A DNA stretch of 32,000 nucleotides from Acaryochloris marina S15 (GCF_018336915.1 NZ_CP064923.1:3330001-3362000); one strand, 5' to 3'. Counted from the first letter of the stretch, positions 1 through 10,064 are shown. A program made the numbers and translations. The notes: generated by a model not told the origin, from the sequence alone.

Positions 1-69
1 CCGGTAAGAGTCCTGGTTCGCCTTACGGACTAACCCTTGATCACTAAGGCCTGCAAACAGACGTTTCAT
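1..69 (-). CDS. PP2C-family Ser/Thr protein phosphatase, N-terminal fragment (gene runs off the left edge)
   Basis: Manual translation of the minus strand from the ATG at 69 gives MKRLFAGLSDQGLVRKANQDSYR. GLSDxGxVRxxNQD is the typical N-terminal PP2C motif. Only 23 codons are visible. Confidence 0.55.
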   Translation of the reverse strand, partial: MKRLFAGLSDQGLVRKANQDSYR

Positions 70-200
70 ATTAGTTTCAACGATTCTATAATTCCTCTAC
101 TGTGATTACCATCTGCTTCAATTTACGAAGATGATATAAAGCCTCAGACATTCAAATAGTGTAGCGAAAAAAGCACCTTTCCTGATTTGCCTCTAAAATG

Positions 201-1931
201 CTACAACATTCGTTCAAAACTGTCATAACGTTTCATTCTTAATAGAAGCCGCAGGAAGACAATAGCGGCTATGGTGGCAGCGAGTGCTGCGACCGCTGCG
301 AGCCACACATACTTATTAACCAGCAAAATCGTTGCGGAGAGCGTAAACGTACCGATGAGCAGGGCATAGTTTGTGCCCATATGGGTTAAATTAAGTCGCC
401 GCAAGATCCGGTCTGTTTCCACCGAACGTACCCGCATACGGAGGTCACCCTGTTCTAACTTATCCAGGGTATCTTCCATCCGTCGGGGTAAACCCAGGGC
501 GGTATTGCTGACCTGGGCAGCCTGCCGCCCCAACTCTCCCAACAGATCACCGTTTTGATTATTTGAAAATCCACCGTTGGCCATAAGTTCTGCTGCAAAG
601 GGTTCTGCAACCTCCATAAAGTTAAACGTGGGATCTAGCCCCCGCCCCACTCCTTCTAGAGTAGAAAAGGCTCGCATGACAAATGTAAACGTTGCGGGGA
701 AACGAAAGGGTTGATCATAGGCAATTTCAAATAGATCATCGCCAATTTGAGCAACAGACTGTTTATCAAACGGCTGCCCCATAAAATTATCCAACATATA
801 TTGGATCGAGCGCCGGATCGGACCCATATCATCTACAGGTAATAGTGCCCCCAAATCGATCAAAGAGGCAATCACTTTATTCGCATCTTTTTGAGCAAAC
901 CCGAAAAACGTCTTCAACAGCTTCTCTCGAGTTAACGTCGTAATCTGGCCCATCATGCCGAAATCATAGAAGATTAGCTTTCCATCTGAACTCACAGCTA
1001 AGTTGCCAGGATGGGGGTCTGCATGGAAAAATCCATCCGTTAATAGCTGATACAGATAGGCTTTTGCACTGAGCTGAGCAATGCGCTTTCGATCGATACC
1101 TGCAGCGTCAATGGCATCATAATTACTAATCTTAAGACCTGGGACATACTCCAGGGTTAGCACTCGTGGCGTTGCATATCGCCAAAAGACTCGGGGCACA
1201 TAGACCCATTCTTGATCCCGGAAATTGCGCCGAAACTGATCCGCATTGCGGCCTTCGTTTAAATAGTCAATTTCTTCATAGAGGATTTTGCAACATTCTT
1301 CATAAATGCCTAGCCAGTCTCTTCCAGGCCCCCATTTAGGGTGATTTTGAAAATAATGGGCAATGCCTTTTAAAATTCTCAGGTCTATGTCAAACAGCTT
1401 TTTGAGTCCAGGGCGCTGGATCTTGGCGACAACCTCTTCCCCTGACTGCAGTTGGGCACGGTGCACTTGACCTAAGCTAGCCGCAGCTAGAGGAACTGGA
1501 TCAAAACTGCAAAACAACTCTGGAATGGTACGGCCAAAATCCTTCTCAATAATTCGTTCTACAATCTCGTAGCTGAAGGCAGGCACACGATCCTGGAGCT
1601 TGGATAGCTCTTCTACATACTCCGCTGGGAATAAATCTGCACGAGTTGAGAACAACTGCCCAACCTTAATAAAGGTTGGGCCCAGATCAAGTAAGGTTTC
1701 CCGAATCCAGGCCGCCTGTTTTCGCCGTCGAGTCGCTCGTTTGTCTTCCGTCATCCCTCCCGGATAACTCCAAGACTTACTCAACCACCACCGAGAGCTC
1801 AGCAGCTGCAACACAAAGGTCCAAATATCCAGGAAACGACGTTGGCGAGAATAGCTCTCTCGATTCCAGCGATAGGCTTTGGGATTTTGTTTTGGGAAAG
1901 TCAACTCAGAGGATGAAACTGACACAGGCAC
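201..1931 (-). CDS. ABC1 (AarF/UbiB) atypical kinase family protein
   Basis: 576-aa ORF. It has the conserved ABC1 N-terminal region (YRWNRESYSRQRRFLDIW, LGPTFIKVGQLFSTRADLFP, ASLGQVHRA, FHADPHPGNL) and a C-terminal hydrophobic anchor. It starts at a GTG that overlaps the upstream stop by 1 nt (TAGTG). Confidence 0.9.
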   Translation of the reverse strand: MPVSVSSSELTFPKQNPKAYRWNRESYSRQRRFLDIWTFVLQLLSSRWWLSKSWSYPGGMTEDKRATRRRKQAAWIRETLLDLGPTFIKVGQLFSTRADLFPAEYVEELSKLQDRVPAFSYEIVERIIEKDFGRTIPELFCSFDPVPLAAASLGQVHRAQLQSGEEVVAKIQRPGLKKLFDIDLRILKGIAHYFQNHPKWGPGRDWLGIYEECCKILYEEIDYLNEGRNADQFRRNFRDQEWVYVPRVFWRYATPRVLTLEYVPGLKISNYDAIDAAGIDRKRIAQLSAKAYLYQLLTDGFFHADPHPGNLAVSSDGKLIFYDFGMMGQITTLTREKLLKTFFGFAQKDANKVIASLIDLGALLPVDDMGPIRRSIQYMLDNFMGQPFDKQSVAQIGDDLFEIAYDQPFRFPATFTFVMRAFSTLEGVGRGLDPTFNFMEVAEPFAAELMANGGFSNNQNGDLLGELGRQAAQVSNTALGLPRRMEDTLDKLEQGDLRMRVRSVETDRILRRLNLTHMGTNYALLIGTFTLSATILLVNKYVWLAAVAALAATIAAIVFLRLLLRMKRYDSFERML

Positions 1932-2248
1932 TAACCAGAATGGCTGCGGTAGTTTTGCAGAGCTGAACGAAGTTGGGCAATTTCTGCCCGCAACTCATCA
2001 ATCGTTTCTTGTAAATCATCAGAATTAGCAGTACTGGAAGCCGACGAGTAGCTTTGGGGATTGCGGGCTGCTTCTGAGTCAGCTCTCTCCATGACCTGGT
2101 CGGTAAAATGGCGGATTTTTTCCCGTTGCTCAGCATCAAACTTACCCACATTGCTGAGGGTATCTGTCAATTGATGCTCTAGCTCTTCATATAAAACTTC
2201 AGCAGTAGCTCTACCCAAGAAAAATGCGCGGATTAGAGGGTTGGTCAT
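1931..2248 (-). CDS. Small conserved-looking coiled-coil/amphipathic protein (105 aa), function unknown
   Basis: Clean ORF with an ATG start and a helical heptad-like C-terminus (DDLQETIDELRAEIAQLRSALQNY). Its stop overlaps the GTG start of the ABC1 kinase gene, which suggests translational coupling. Confidence 0.65.
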   Translation of the reverse strand: MTNPLIRAFFLGRATAEVLYEELEHQLTDTLSNVGKFDAEQREKIRHFTDQVMERADSEAARNPQSYSSASSTANSDDLQETIDELRAEIAQLRSALQNYRSHSG

Positions 2249-2589
2249 GGGATAGTTACATTACGATGGCTTCGCAGAAATTATAACTTGCCTCTTTGCA
2301 CTCCTGCTCTAACTTGGACCGATAGAGTCATCATGGGGCAGATGAATCCAGGCAAAAACTGGGGAGTAACACCATCAAACATCAAGACTATATCAAAGTA
2401 AAAATCAGGAAAACCTCTTGAATTGATGACAAGGGAGGGGTTACTCCCAAAAGGTTTCAAAGTTAAAATGGAGTTGTAAAAGCAATCCTTTGTCGAATAC
2501 CATTCAGATTTAGGCGAACACTGCAGGAAGTCTGCAGATGTTTTAGAATCTCTCTGTTGTAATTCAATCCCTACTTGAGCCAAACGACG

Positions 2590-2871
2590 ATGTCTGTTGA
2601 AACACTTGAAAAACGCTCTACAAGCCGAAAACTGGCACCAAAGTACCGTGTTTTGCTCCACAACGATGATTTCAACCCGATGGAACATGTCGTCCAAGTG
2701 TTAACACAAACCATCCCCAATTTGACCCAACCCCAAGCGGTCAGTGTGATGATGGAAGCTCATACCAATGGAATTGCCCTCGTCATCACTTGCGCCTTCG
2801 AGCATGCGGAGTTCTACTGTGAAACCCTTAAAATGCATGGCTTAACAAGCACCATAGAACCTGACGAGTAA
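2590..2871 (+). CDS. clpS: ATP-dependent Clp protease adaptor ClpS
   Basis: KYRVLLHNDDFNPMEHVVQVL...AVSVMMEAHTNGIALVITCAFEHAEFYCETL is the canonical ClpS core. The ORF track starts at TTG 2575, but the ATG at 2590 (MSVETLEK) is the more likely start. Confidence 0.9.
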   Translation: MSVETLEKRSTSRKLAPKYRVLLHNDDFNPMEHVVQVLTQTIPNLTQPQAVSVMMEAHTNGIALVITCAFEHAEFYCETLKMHGLTSTIEPDE

Positions 2872-3010
2872 GAGGCAACAAGGGCGGAAATATCAGCTCC
2901 GTCATACCTACTGATGGCCAACACACCATTCTCAATCGCTACAAATAGAATGCCTTCTTCATCCAAGGTGAGACATTTCGTTGAAGGCGAGGCTTGATGG
3001 TAGTACCAGC

Positions 3011-3382
3011 CTATTCTCCACTGACCATATACCAGCGCCCCTCTTTTTGGATGAGAAAAACTTTCCCATCCTCTTTGCCATGTTCGTTGTTGAGACTTAC
3101 CGTTGCTTTGTCGCCATTAATTTGCGACTGGGCCAGACTTCCTTTAGAAATATCGGCTGAAAAGCGCTCCTGTAATTCCGTTTCCGCATCCCCTAGATCG
3201 CAAATTTTTTGAATTCCTTGATCTGCTTCTGGAGCACATAATCCCCTTAGTTCCTCGTAGTTTTTAGAAGTAGCAACGTCAAAAACTTTTTGAACGACCC
3301 CTTCAGGGGTTGAGTGCACCCCATGATCTGCACAAGCTGTTATCAGTAACACCAGCAAACCTAGCCGCCGCATAGCCACCAT
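3011..3382 (-). CDS. Putative lipoprotein (123 aa), paralog of the neighbouring gene
   Basis: Signal peptide plus lipobox (LLVLLITAC). Shares the motifs STPEGVvQ+vFD and LCAPxA...IC and a C-terminal GxWY with ORF 3482..3859. An alternative ATG lies at 3373. Confidence 0.7.
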   Translation of the reverse strand: MVAMRRLGLLVLLITACADHGVHSTPEGVVQKVFDVATSKNYEELRGLCAPEADQGIQKICDLGDAETELQERFSADISKGSLAQSQINGDKATVSLNNEHGKEDGKVFLIQKEGRWYMVSGE

Positions 3383-3481
3383 CCCTCATGCGTCATCTAT
3401 CTTTAGCCCATCAGGTTCAAGGCTAATTCCACCAATTTTCGGGGTAGACCTCAAACCTAATTCATCAAACAAGTCTAAATA

Positions 3482-3859
3482 CTACTCTTGGAAACGCTGC
3501 AAATACCAACTGCCATTTTCCTGAATGAGTTCAAATTGAAGGGAATTTTTTTGATTCGGACTCATGACTGCTTTTACAGTTGCCGTATAGCCGCTAAATT
3601 CTGTACTTCCCCTTATTTTTGCAGTTAAGAAGCGATCTATAAACTTCTCTTTTTGATCCGGTTGAGCTTCAGAAATTTCGCAGATAATGTTAGCCGTCGT
3701 TTCTGCCTGGGGGGCACACAAACGATTCAGCTGCCTGAGGTCTTTTGTTTTTGCCGAATCAAAAATTCTTTGAATCACCCCTTCAGGGGTAGATTGAGTA
3801 CTCCCCTGACAGGCAGTAATGGTCAGTAGTGAGAAAAATAAGATGAGCTTTCTCAGCAT
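3482..3859 (-). CDS. Putative lipoprotein (125 aa from the internal ATG), paralog of 3011..3382
   Basis: The ATG at 3859 gives MLRKLILFFSLLTITAC (signal peptide + lipobox). The track start at 3913 adds an implausible 18-aa extension. Motifs are shared with the adjacent lipoprotein. Confidence 0.7.
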   Translation of the reverse strand: MLRKLILFFSLLTITACQGSTQSTPEGVIQRIFDSAKTKDLRQLNRLCAPQAETTANIICEISEAQPDQKEKFIDRFLTAKIRGSTEFSGYTATVKAVMSPNQKNSLQFELIQENGSWYLQRFQE

Positions 3860-3997
3860 GAGATAGAGGCTCGAAAAAGGGGGCAGAAGTGATTGATGTG
3901 GCAGATTATACACAAAATCAGATTTCGAGACCTAAACGTAAAACCTCGTTTTATGAAGTACCAATAACAATTATCAAACTGGGTATCATTTATGGGT

Positions 3998-5341
3998 TCA
4001 CTCACCCTGCACCTGTCGCAGGATGGCCATAAAGAATCCATCCATTTTTTGCTGATGGGGCCAAATCTTGAGGTTACTGGGTGCCCCTACAGTTGGCACC
4101 CGATCAGTCCTGGGCTGCTGGGCTTGCCATTGGGGCATTTGCGCCAGAAATTGGTCAATTATGTTTTCATTTTCTTGGGGCTGGAGGGTGCAGGTGGAAT
4201 AGAGGAGCGTCCCTCCAACCTTCACCCAACGGGCACTATTCAGGAGTAGGTCTAGCTGCAGCTTTGATAGGTCTTGAGTATGGTCTGGAGTTTGACGCCA
4301 ACGGGCATCGGCATGGCGATGTAAGGTGCCTAAGCCTGAGCAGGGAGCATCCACCAACACGTAGTCTGCCAGAGGAATCTGGTCTGAGAGTTGCCGACTG
4401 TCCCCGGTCCAGATTTGGACTGCATCGATCTCTAAACGTTGCAGATTTTGCTTGAGTTTGCGTAGACGAGACGGGGTGCGATCGCAAGCCCAAATCTCTC
4501 CCTGCCCCTGCATCAGCTCAGCCATATGGGTGGTTTTCCCGCCCGGTGCCGCACAGACATCTAGGGCAATAGCTCCTGGTTGAGGATCCAGCAGATGCCC
4601 TACGAGCTGGGCGCTCGCCTCTTGCACGGTCCACAACCCCTCCTGGAAACCCGGCAGTTGCGGAATAGGACCTGATTTACCTTCAATTCTGAGGGCTTGG
4701 GGCAAATGAGGGAGTGGAGTTGTTGTTACCCCTGCTGCTGCAAGTAGGGATCCGACAGACTCCCGATCCGTCTTCAGGGAGTTAATCCGTAAATCAATAT
4801 GGGGAGGCTGGTTGCAGTAGTCACAGAGTTGTTCTGTTTCTTCTGGCCCCAGTTGGTTATTCCAAGCCTGCACAATCCAATCAGGATAGCTATATAAGAT
4901 GCCTAATCGCTGAATGGGATCGGAGGGTAATTCTAGAGGGTCATTATGGTTGGCTGCGGCCCGCGTATATTGTCGGAGCAATCCATTGACCACCCCCGAC
5001 AACCCCGACAGTTGGTTCTGCTTGGCTAGCTCTACGGTCGTAAAAATAGCTGCGGCATCGGGAATATGGTCTAGATAGCGCAGTTGATACAGCCCGAGAT
5101 GGAGTAAGGTCCGCAGATCAGGGGGCTGCTGATGGGCAGGCTTTTTGGCAAATTGATCAATCAAGGCATCCAAAGTGCGTTGACGGCGGACACTGCCGTA
5201 GAGCAGCTCAGTCAAGAGGCGGCGGTCCAGATCGAGTATCGTTTTTGGCATCACCCGACTAAGGGCAACGTCCGCATAGGCTCCTCGATGAACTGCTTTG
5301 AGGCCTTGATAAGCCAGTTGTCGAGGATTGGAATTGCTCAT
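3998..5341 (-). CDS. rsmB: 16S rRNA (cytosine967-C5)-methyltransferase RsmB/Sun
   Basis: 447 aa. The N-terminus is a NusB-like domain. The SAM-methyltransferase motifs DVCAAPGGKTTH and DAPCSGLGT and a catalytic TC motif (YSTCT) are present. Confidence 0.9.
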   Translation of the reverse strand: MSNSNPRQLAYQGLKAVHRGAYADVALSRVMPKTILDLDRRLLTELLYGSVRRQRTLDALIDQFAKKPAHQQPPDLRTLLHLGLYQLRYLDHIPDAAAIFTTVELAKQNQLSGLSGVVNGLLRQYTRAAANHNDPLELPSDPIQRLGILYSYPDWIVQAWNNQLGPEETEQLCDYCNQPPHIDLRINSLKTDRESVGSLLAAAGVTTTPLPHLPQALRIEGKSGPIPQLPGFQEGLWTVQEASAQLVGHLLDPQPGAIALDVCAAPGGKTTHMAELMQGQGEIWACDRTPSRLRKLKQNLQRLEIDAVQIWTGDSRQLSDQIPLADYVLVDAPCSGLGTLHRHADARWRQTPDHTQDLSKLQLDLLLNSARWVKVGGTLLYSTCTLQPQENENIIDQFLAQMPQWQAQQPRTDRVPTVGAPSNLKIWPHQQKMDGFFMAILRQVQGE

Positions 5342-5509
5342 TAAGTCCTTGGGGAAAACAGACTACCGCTTAGACTTACCACGAAACCCGCTCTAGGGCA
5401 GTCCTTAGAATGGCGGTCTTGCCAGTCGCTTCCCTTGCTCTACTGACCGAATAGCCTCAAAATGTTAACCTTTGTAAAGGAATTTCATTCTCCTTCAGGT
5501 TAATTCACG

Positions 5510-6262
5510 ATGGCTCGGTCTTCCCCTCTACAAACGGCAACTTCAGGTTCAGAGCCTGATAACGCCCAGGCTTTTATTCAACTGGATAAACTGGCTAAGT
5601 CTTTCCAAGAAGGAATGGTTGACCGTCAAGTCCTGCGAGAGATCACGGCCACTTTTACTGCCGGTGAGTTTGTGGTCCTCTTAGGTCAAAGCGGCAGTGG
5701 TAAAAGTACGCTCCTGAACTTAATCAGCGGCATTGAACAGCCCACTACTGGACAAGTCACCATCAACGCCGTGGGTTTATCTGAATTGAATGAGCGTGAT
5801 CGCACGTTGTTTCGCCGTGATCGCATCGGTTTTATTTTTCAATTTTTCAATCTCATCCCCACCCTGACGGTGCTGGAGAATATCACTCTGCCCCAGGAAT
5901 TGGCAGGGGCATCCCAAGGGGAGGTAGCGAAAAAAGCGATCGCACTTCTGCAGCGGGTCGGTCTCGAAGATCGCGGCGATGCTTTTCCTGACAAACTATC
6001 GGGGGGGCAACAGCAGCGGGTGGCCATTGCCAGGGCCTTAGTCCATGATCCAATGCTGGTCTTAGCCGATGAACCCACCGGAAATCTGGATGAAGAAACG
6101 GGCCAGATTGTCCTGGACCTGCTGCTAGAACTCACCCGCTCCGCTCAGAAAACTCTAATTATGGCCACCCATAACCCCGATATTGCCAAGCTTGCCGATC
6201 GAGTGGTGCGGATGCAGGATGGTCATTTGGTGGAAGACACTCGACTGGGGACCGCCTCATGA
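5510..6262 (+). CDS. ABC transporter ATP-binding protein (LolD/MacB-ATPase type, AttE-like)
   Basis: Walker [10 protein letters not shown], signature [15 protein letters not shown] and Walker [13 protein letters not shown]. The stop overlaps the permease start (ATGA at 6259-6262). Confidence 0.92.
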   Translation: MARSSPLQTATSGSEPDNAQAFIQLDKLAKSFQEGMVDRQVLREITATFTAGEFVVLLGQSGSGKSTLLNLISGIEQPTTGQVTINAVGLSELNERDRTLFRRDRIGFIFQFFNLIPTLTVLENITLPQELAGASQGEVAKKAIALLQRVGLEDRGDAFPDKLSGGQQQRVAIARALVHDPMLVLADEPTGNLDEETGQIVLDLLLELTRSAQKTLIMATHNPDIAKLADRVVRMQDGHLVEDTRLGTAS

Positions 6263-8865
6263 CCGCAACCATCGAACCCCAAAGTTCCAATCGTCCCCTA
6301 TGGCGGATGGCCTGGCGACGGTTTCAGCAGCGCTCGTTGCAATATATTCTTTGCCTACTGGGGGTGGCCTTGGGCGTGGCCATGCTGGTGTCTATTGACC
6401 TGGCCAATGGTTCGGCTCAAACCGCCTTTGAGTTGTCTACGGATGCGATCGCAGGTCGCGCTACCCACCAAATTGAATCGATTGCTCCTGCAGGTATAGA
6501 CGAGTCCGTTTATCTACAAATTCGCCAACAGGCGGGCCTTACCAAAACAGCTCCCATTGTGGATGGTTATGTCTTAGCCCCTGACTTAGGCAACCAACCC
6601 ATGCGCTTAGTGGGTGTGGATCTATTCTCGGAACCGCCCTTTCGCAATTACTTTGCCCCCGAGAATCAAACCGTGGGGTTAGCGGGACTGCAAACCTTTT
6701 TGACCGAACCTAATACCGTTGTCATTTCCACAGAGGTGGCCCGACGCTATCAGGTGGACTTAGGCGATACCCTCACCCTCGATTTAGCGGGGCGACGGGT
6801 TCCGGTGCGATTAGTGGGTAAGGTACAGCCGGAGAGCACCACCACCCAGCGGGCCTTAAGCAGCCTGATTTTTACGGATATTGCCACGGCCCAAGAAATT
6901 TTGCAGAGGTCAGGGCACCTCAGCCATATTGATCTGATTGCTGAATCAGAGGGGGATTTGGATGCGATCGCAACCCTGCTACCAGAAGATGCCAGACTAG
7001 AAACCGCCGCTTCTCAGAAAAATGCCGTGCGGCAAATGACGGCAGCCTTTCGCCTCAATCTCACTGCCCTGAGTCTGCTGGCCCTAGTGGTGGGCATGTT
7101 TTTGATCTATAACACGGTCACCTTTAGCGTGGTTCAGCGCCGCCCCCTGTTTGGTGTGCTGCGCTGTATAGGCACTACCCCTAGACAGCTTTTTACACTG
7201 ATTATGGGTGAAACTGCCATTCTCGGAATTCTCGGGTCATTCCTAGGACTGGGATTAGGGATTGTACTCGCTCGCAGTATTGTCGGTCTGATCACCCAAA
7301 CCATCAACGACTTTTACTTTGTGGTCAGTGTCCAGCAGGTGGCCATTCCCCCCATTCTGTTGGTGAAGGGGATGCTGATTGGGATTAGCTCGGCTCTGCT
7401 CGCCGCTTTGGTGCCTGCCATAGAAGCCATGCGCACCAGCCCTCAAACCATCTTGCAGCGCTCTTCCCTGGAAAGTAAAGTGCAGCGGCTTTTGCCTTGG
7501 CTCTTCCTTAGTTGGGTGGTGATTACCCTGATCGGCATTGGCCTATTGCGACTGCAAGCGGGATTAGTGGTGGCCTTTGCCGGACTCTTTGCCATCGTTC
7601 TTGGCTCGGCACTGCTAACGCCCCCCGTCACGGCTGCTTTGATGAAGCTGGTGCAGCCACTCACCCAGTCTTTAGGTGTACTAGGGCGGTTAGCCCCTCG
7701 GGATATTGTTCGATCCTTGAGCCGGACTTCAGTTGCGATCGCAGCCCTAATGGTGGCGGTCTCAGTCATTGTCGGCGTCTCGATTATGGTGGGTTCCTTC
7801 CGGGTCACCGTGGTTCAATGGCTGGATCAAACCCTGCAGGCGGATATTTATGTAACGCCTCCCAGTACCACCGCTAACCGGGTCTTAGGCCAGCTCGATC
7901 CAGCCGTGGTGGCCGAAATGAAGCGTTGGCCAGGGCTAGAAGATGTGGTCACCTACAATGATGCCGATGCCACCGTTACTGCCTTTACTTATGGCGACGA
8001 GACCTTAGAGATCGAACGATCCATCAAACTGATTTCTGCTGAAGGCGATGTCTCCCACGGTCAGCGTCCCTATGCCTGGCGGCAAAACTCTATTGATCCG
8101 TGGCCTGCCCTGGATCGGGGTGAAGGCGTGATTGTCTCCGAAGCCTTGCTCTTAAAAGCTAATTTAAGCGATCCACCCACGGCAATTACGATTGATAGTC
8201 CTCAAGGTCCGCAGACCTTCCCGATCTTGGCGGTATTTTATGACTATTCCTCCGATCAAGGCACGGTAATTTTGGACAACGATCCGTTTATCCAGATCTG
8301 GGGGGATGAAGGGGTTGCTTCCATGGGCTTGTTTACGGCCCCCAATATTGATCTAGATACCGTCGTTGAGGATCTGAGAGAACGGTATCAGGGCCGCACG
8401 GACGTGGTGGTGCAATCCACTCGCAGTCTCCGGGACGGCTCCCTAGAAATTTTTGATCGCACCTTTGCCATTACCCAAGCTTTGCGTTTACTGGCCGTGA
8501 TCGTGGCCTTTATCGGGGTTCTGAGCGCTTTGATGAGCCTGCAGCTAGAGCGCACCCGCGAAATTGGCATTCTTCGAGCCACGGGCATGACGCCTCAACA
8601 GCTCTGGTGGATGACCTTGCTGGAAACGGGGTTAATGGGCAATGTGGCGGGGTTTCTGGCCATGCCCCTCGGCTACGTGCTGGCCTGGATTTTAATCTAT
8701 GTGATTAATGTGCGGTCCTTTGGCTGGACCCTGCAAATGCAGCTCAATCCCAGCTATTTCTGGCAGGCGTGGCTAGTGGCCATTGTGGCTGCTTTATTAG
8801 CAGGAATATATCCGGCTTGGCGATTGAGTCGGGTCACGGTGGCAAGTGCAATTCGGGAGGAGTAA
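6259..8865 (+). CDS. FtsX-family (MacB-type) ABC transporter permease, duplicated FtsX module, 868 aa
   Basis: Two blocks of TM helices, each preceded by a large extracytoplasmic domain. This is the typical YbbP/AttF-AttG fused architecture, and the gene is translationally coupled to the upstream ATPase. Confidence 0.88.
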   Translation: MTATIEPQSSNRPLWRMAWRRFQQRSLQYILCLLGVALGVAMLVSIDLANGSAQTAFELSTDAIAGRATHQIESIAPAGIDESVYLQIRQQAGLTKTAPIVDGYVLAPDLGNQPMRLVGVDLFSEPPFRNYFAPENQTVGLAGLQTFLTEPNTVVISTEVARRYQVDLGDTLTLDLAGRRVPVRLVGKVQPESTTTQRALSSLIFTDIATAQEILQRSGHLSHIDLIAESEGDLDAIATLLPEDARLETAASQKNAVRQMTAAFRLNLTALSLLALVVGMFLIYNTVTFSVVQRRPLFGVLRCIGTTPRQLFTLIMGETAILGILGSFLGLGLGIVLARSIVGLITQTINDFYFVVSVQQVAIPPILLVKGMLIGISSALLAALVPAIEAMRTSPQTILQRSSLESKVQRLLPWLFLSWVVITLIGIGLLRLQAGLVVAFAGLFAIVLGSALLTPPVTAALMKLVQPLTQSLGVLGRLAPRDIVRSLSRTSVAIAALMVAVSVIVGVSIMVGSFRVTVVQWLDQTLQADIYVTPPSTTANRVLGQLDPAVVAEMKRWPGLEDVVTYNDADATVTAFTYGDETLEIERSIKLISAEGDVSHGQRPYAWRQNSIDPWPALDRGEGVIVSEALLLKANLSDPPTAITIDSPQGPQTFPILAVFYDYSSDQGTVILDNDPFIQIWGDEGVASMGLFTAPNIDLDTVVEDLRERYQGRTDVVVQSTRSLRDGSLEIFDRTFAITQALRLLAVIVAFIGVLSALMSLQLERTREIGILRATGMTPQQLWWMTLLETGLMGNVAGFLAMPLGYVLAWILIYVINVRSFGWTLQMQLNPSYFWQAWLVAIVAALLAGIYPAWRLSRVTVASAIREE

Positions 8866-8867
8866 TC

Positions 8868-9989
8868 ATGCAGCGATGGCTAATCAGTTTTGTTCTCAGC
8901 TTATTTTTAATCAGCAGTCCCGCTTGGGCAATGGAACAGGGCACGGTGGAATGGGCAGCCCCCGCAGAGTTTCCCGAGTTTCAAAAAGCAACAGCCCCGA
9001 TCAAACTCTCGTTCCCCAAGGACTTCGGTCCCCATGAAGACTACCAAACCGAATGGTGGTACTACACGGGCAATCTAGAAACAGAATCTGGACGTCCCTT
9101 TGGCTATGAGCTAACTCTGTTTCGCCGGGGTCTTACGCCTGGTTTGCCTGACCAGCAGGGATCGGCTTGGCACAGCAATCAAGTCTATTTCTCCCACTTC
9201 ACCCTCAGCGATATTGACAATCAACAGTTTTACCCTGTGGAGCGGTTTAATCGCGGGGCCGCAGAGCTGGCAGGAGCACAGGCCAATCCCTATCGAATTT
9301 TCTTGGATGACTGGTCTGTCGAAGAAGAGCAACCAGGAACAGTCCAACTTCATGCCCAAGGACCACAAACAGAACTTAACCTTCAGGTATCACTAACAAC
9401 TCCTGTTCTGCAGGGTAATAACGGTTTTATTGTCAAAGGGGCTGAGCCAGGAAATGCTTCCTATTATTACTCTGTCGTCCAGCAGCCCACTCAAGGAACG
9501 GTCATTATTGAAGGAGAACCCTTCACGGTCTCAGGTTCTAGCTGGACGGATCATGAATTCGCGACCAGACCGCTTAGTCAAGGGACTCAAGGTTGGGATT
9601 GGTTTTCCCTGCAATTAGAGGAAGGTTCAGCGTTGATGCTTTATGGTCTTCGTTCAAATGATGGCTCTGACTTACCAGAATCCAGTGGAACCTATGTTAA
9701 TTCTGACGGCAAGGTACTGCATTTGAACGGTGAGGATTATCAAATTCAGGTCTTGGATCGATGGATCAGTCCTAAATCTCGAACCCAGTATCCATCCAAA
9801 TGGGCTATTTCTGTTCCCAAGCTTGATTTAGAAATCCAGATAGCACCGATGATGAATAATCAGGAACTACTCCTATCTACAAAGTACTGGGAAGGAGCAG
9901 TTGACATTTCAGGAACTCAATCAGATCAACCGATTCAAGGAAAAGGGTACGTTGAGCTTACGGGATATGACCGCGATCTCAACTTATAA
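8868..9989 (+). CDS. Secreted AttH-like / CrtC (hydroxyneurosporene synthase)-lipocalin domain protein
   Basis: The ATG at 8868 lies 2 nt after the permease stop and is preceded by GGAGGAG. Signal peptide MQRWLISFVLSLFLISSPAWA. The motifs HEDYQTEWWYYTGNL and GYELTLFR are typical of the AttH/CrtC family. The track start at 8769 is an in-frame extension inside the permease gene. Confidence 0.8.
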   Translation: MQRWLISFVLSLFLISSPAWAMEQGTVEWAAPAEFPEFQKATAPIKLSFPKDFGPHEDYQTEWWYYTGNLETESGRPFGYELTLFRRGLTPGLPDQQGSAWHSNQVYFSHFTLSDIDNQQFYPVERFNRGAAELAGAQANPYRIFLDDWSVEEEQPGTVQLHAQGPQTELNLQVSLTTPVLQGNNGFIVKGAEPGNASYYYSVVQQPTQGTVIIEGEPFTVSGSSWTDHEFATRPLSQGTQGWDWFSLQLEEGSALMLYGLRSNDGSDLPESSGTYVNSDGKVLHLNGEDYQIQVLDRWISPKSRTQYPSKWAISVPKLDLEIQIAPMMNNQELLLSTKYWEGAVDISGTQSDQPIQGKGYVELTGYDRDLNL

Positions 9990-10064
9990 TCCATTTGAAT
10001 GGGGTTTTCTCCTAGATGATTTCCTGGAATGGAGTGTTCACTTTTTCAAAACGAGGTCAAGGTA

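Noticed and set aside
2281-2697. 138-aa minus-strand ORF in the clpS upstream region, overlapping clpS by about 120 nt
   Set aside because: The composition is Cys/Phe-rich and non-protein-like, it overlaps the well-supported clpS gene, and I recognise no motif. It is most likely a chance ORF in the divergent promoter region. That region also contains a 9-bp inverted repeat (2362-2370 / 2440-2448) and a CTGCAG-N5-CTGCAG hairpin (2521-2537), which I consider too weak to call.
2825-3010. Minus-strand frame reading ...LDEEGILFVAIENGVLAISRYDGADISALVAS..., which looks protein-like, between clpS and the first lipoprotein gene
   Set aside because: The only possible start is a TTG, giving 51 aa. The frame runs into the 3' end of clpS, and an upstream TAA closes it. 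It may be a gene remnant, but without homology evidence it cannot be called.
4081-4455. Antisense or alternative-frame ORFs inside large, well-supported genes (for example 4081-4455, 5839-6135, 7443-7808, 7512-7877, 14450-15088, 16368-16616, 20016-20312, 20610-21059, 22737-22979, 25018-25275)
   Set aside because: Each is fully embedded in a gene with unambiguous family motifs on the other strand or frame. Their products are Arg/Ser/Pro-rich, as is typical of shadow ORFs.
8769-8867. N-terminal extension of the AttH-like ORF in the supplied track
   Set aside because: The extension lies inside the permease gene in another frame. The internal ATG at 8868 has a strong SD and yields a proper signal peptide.
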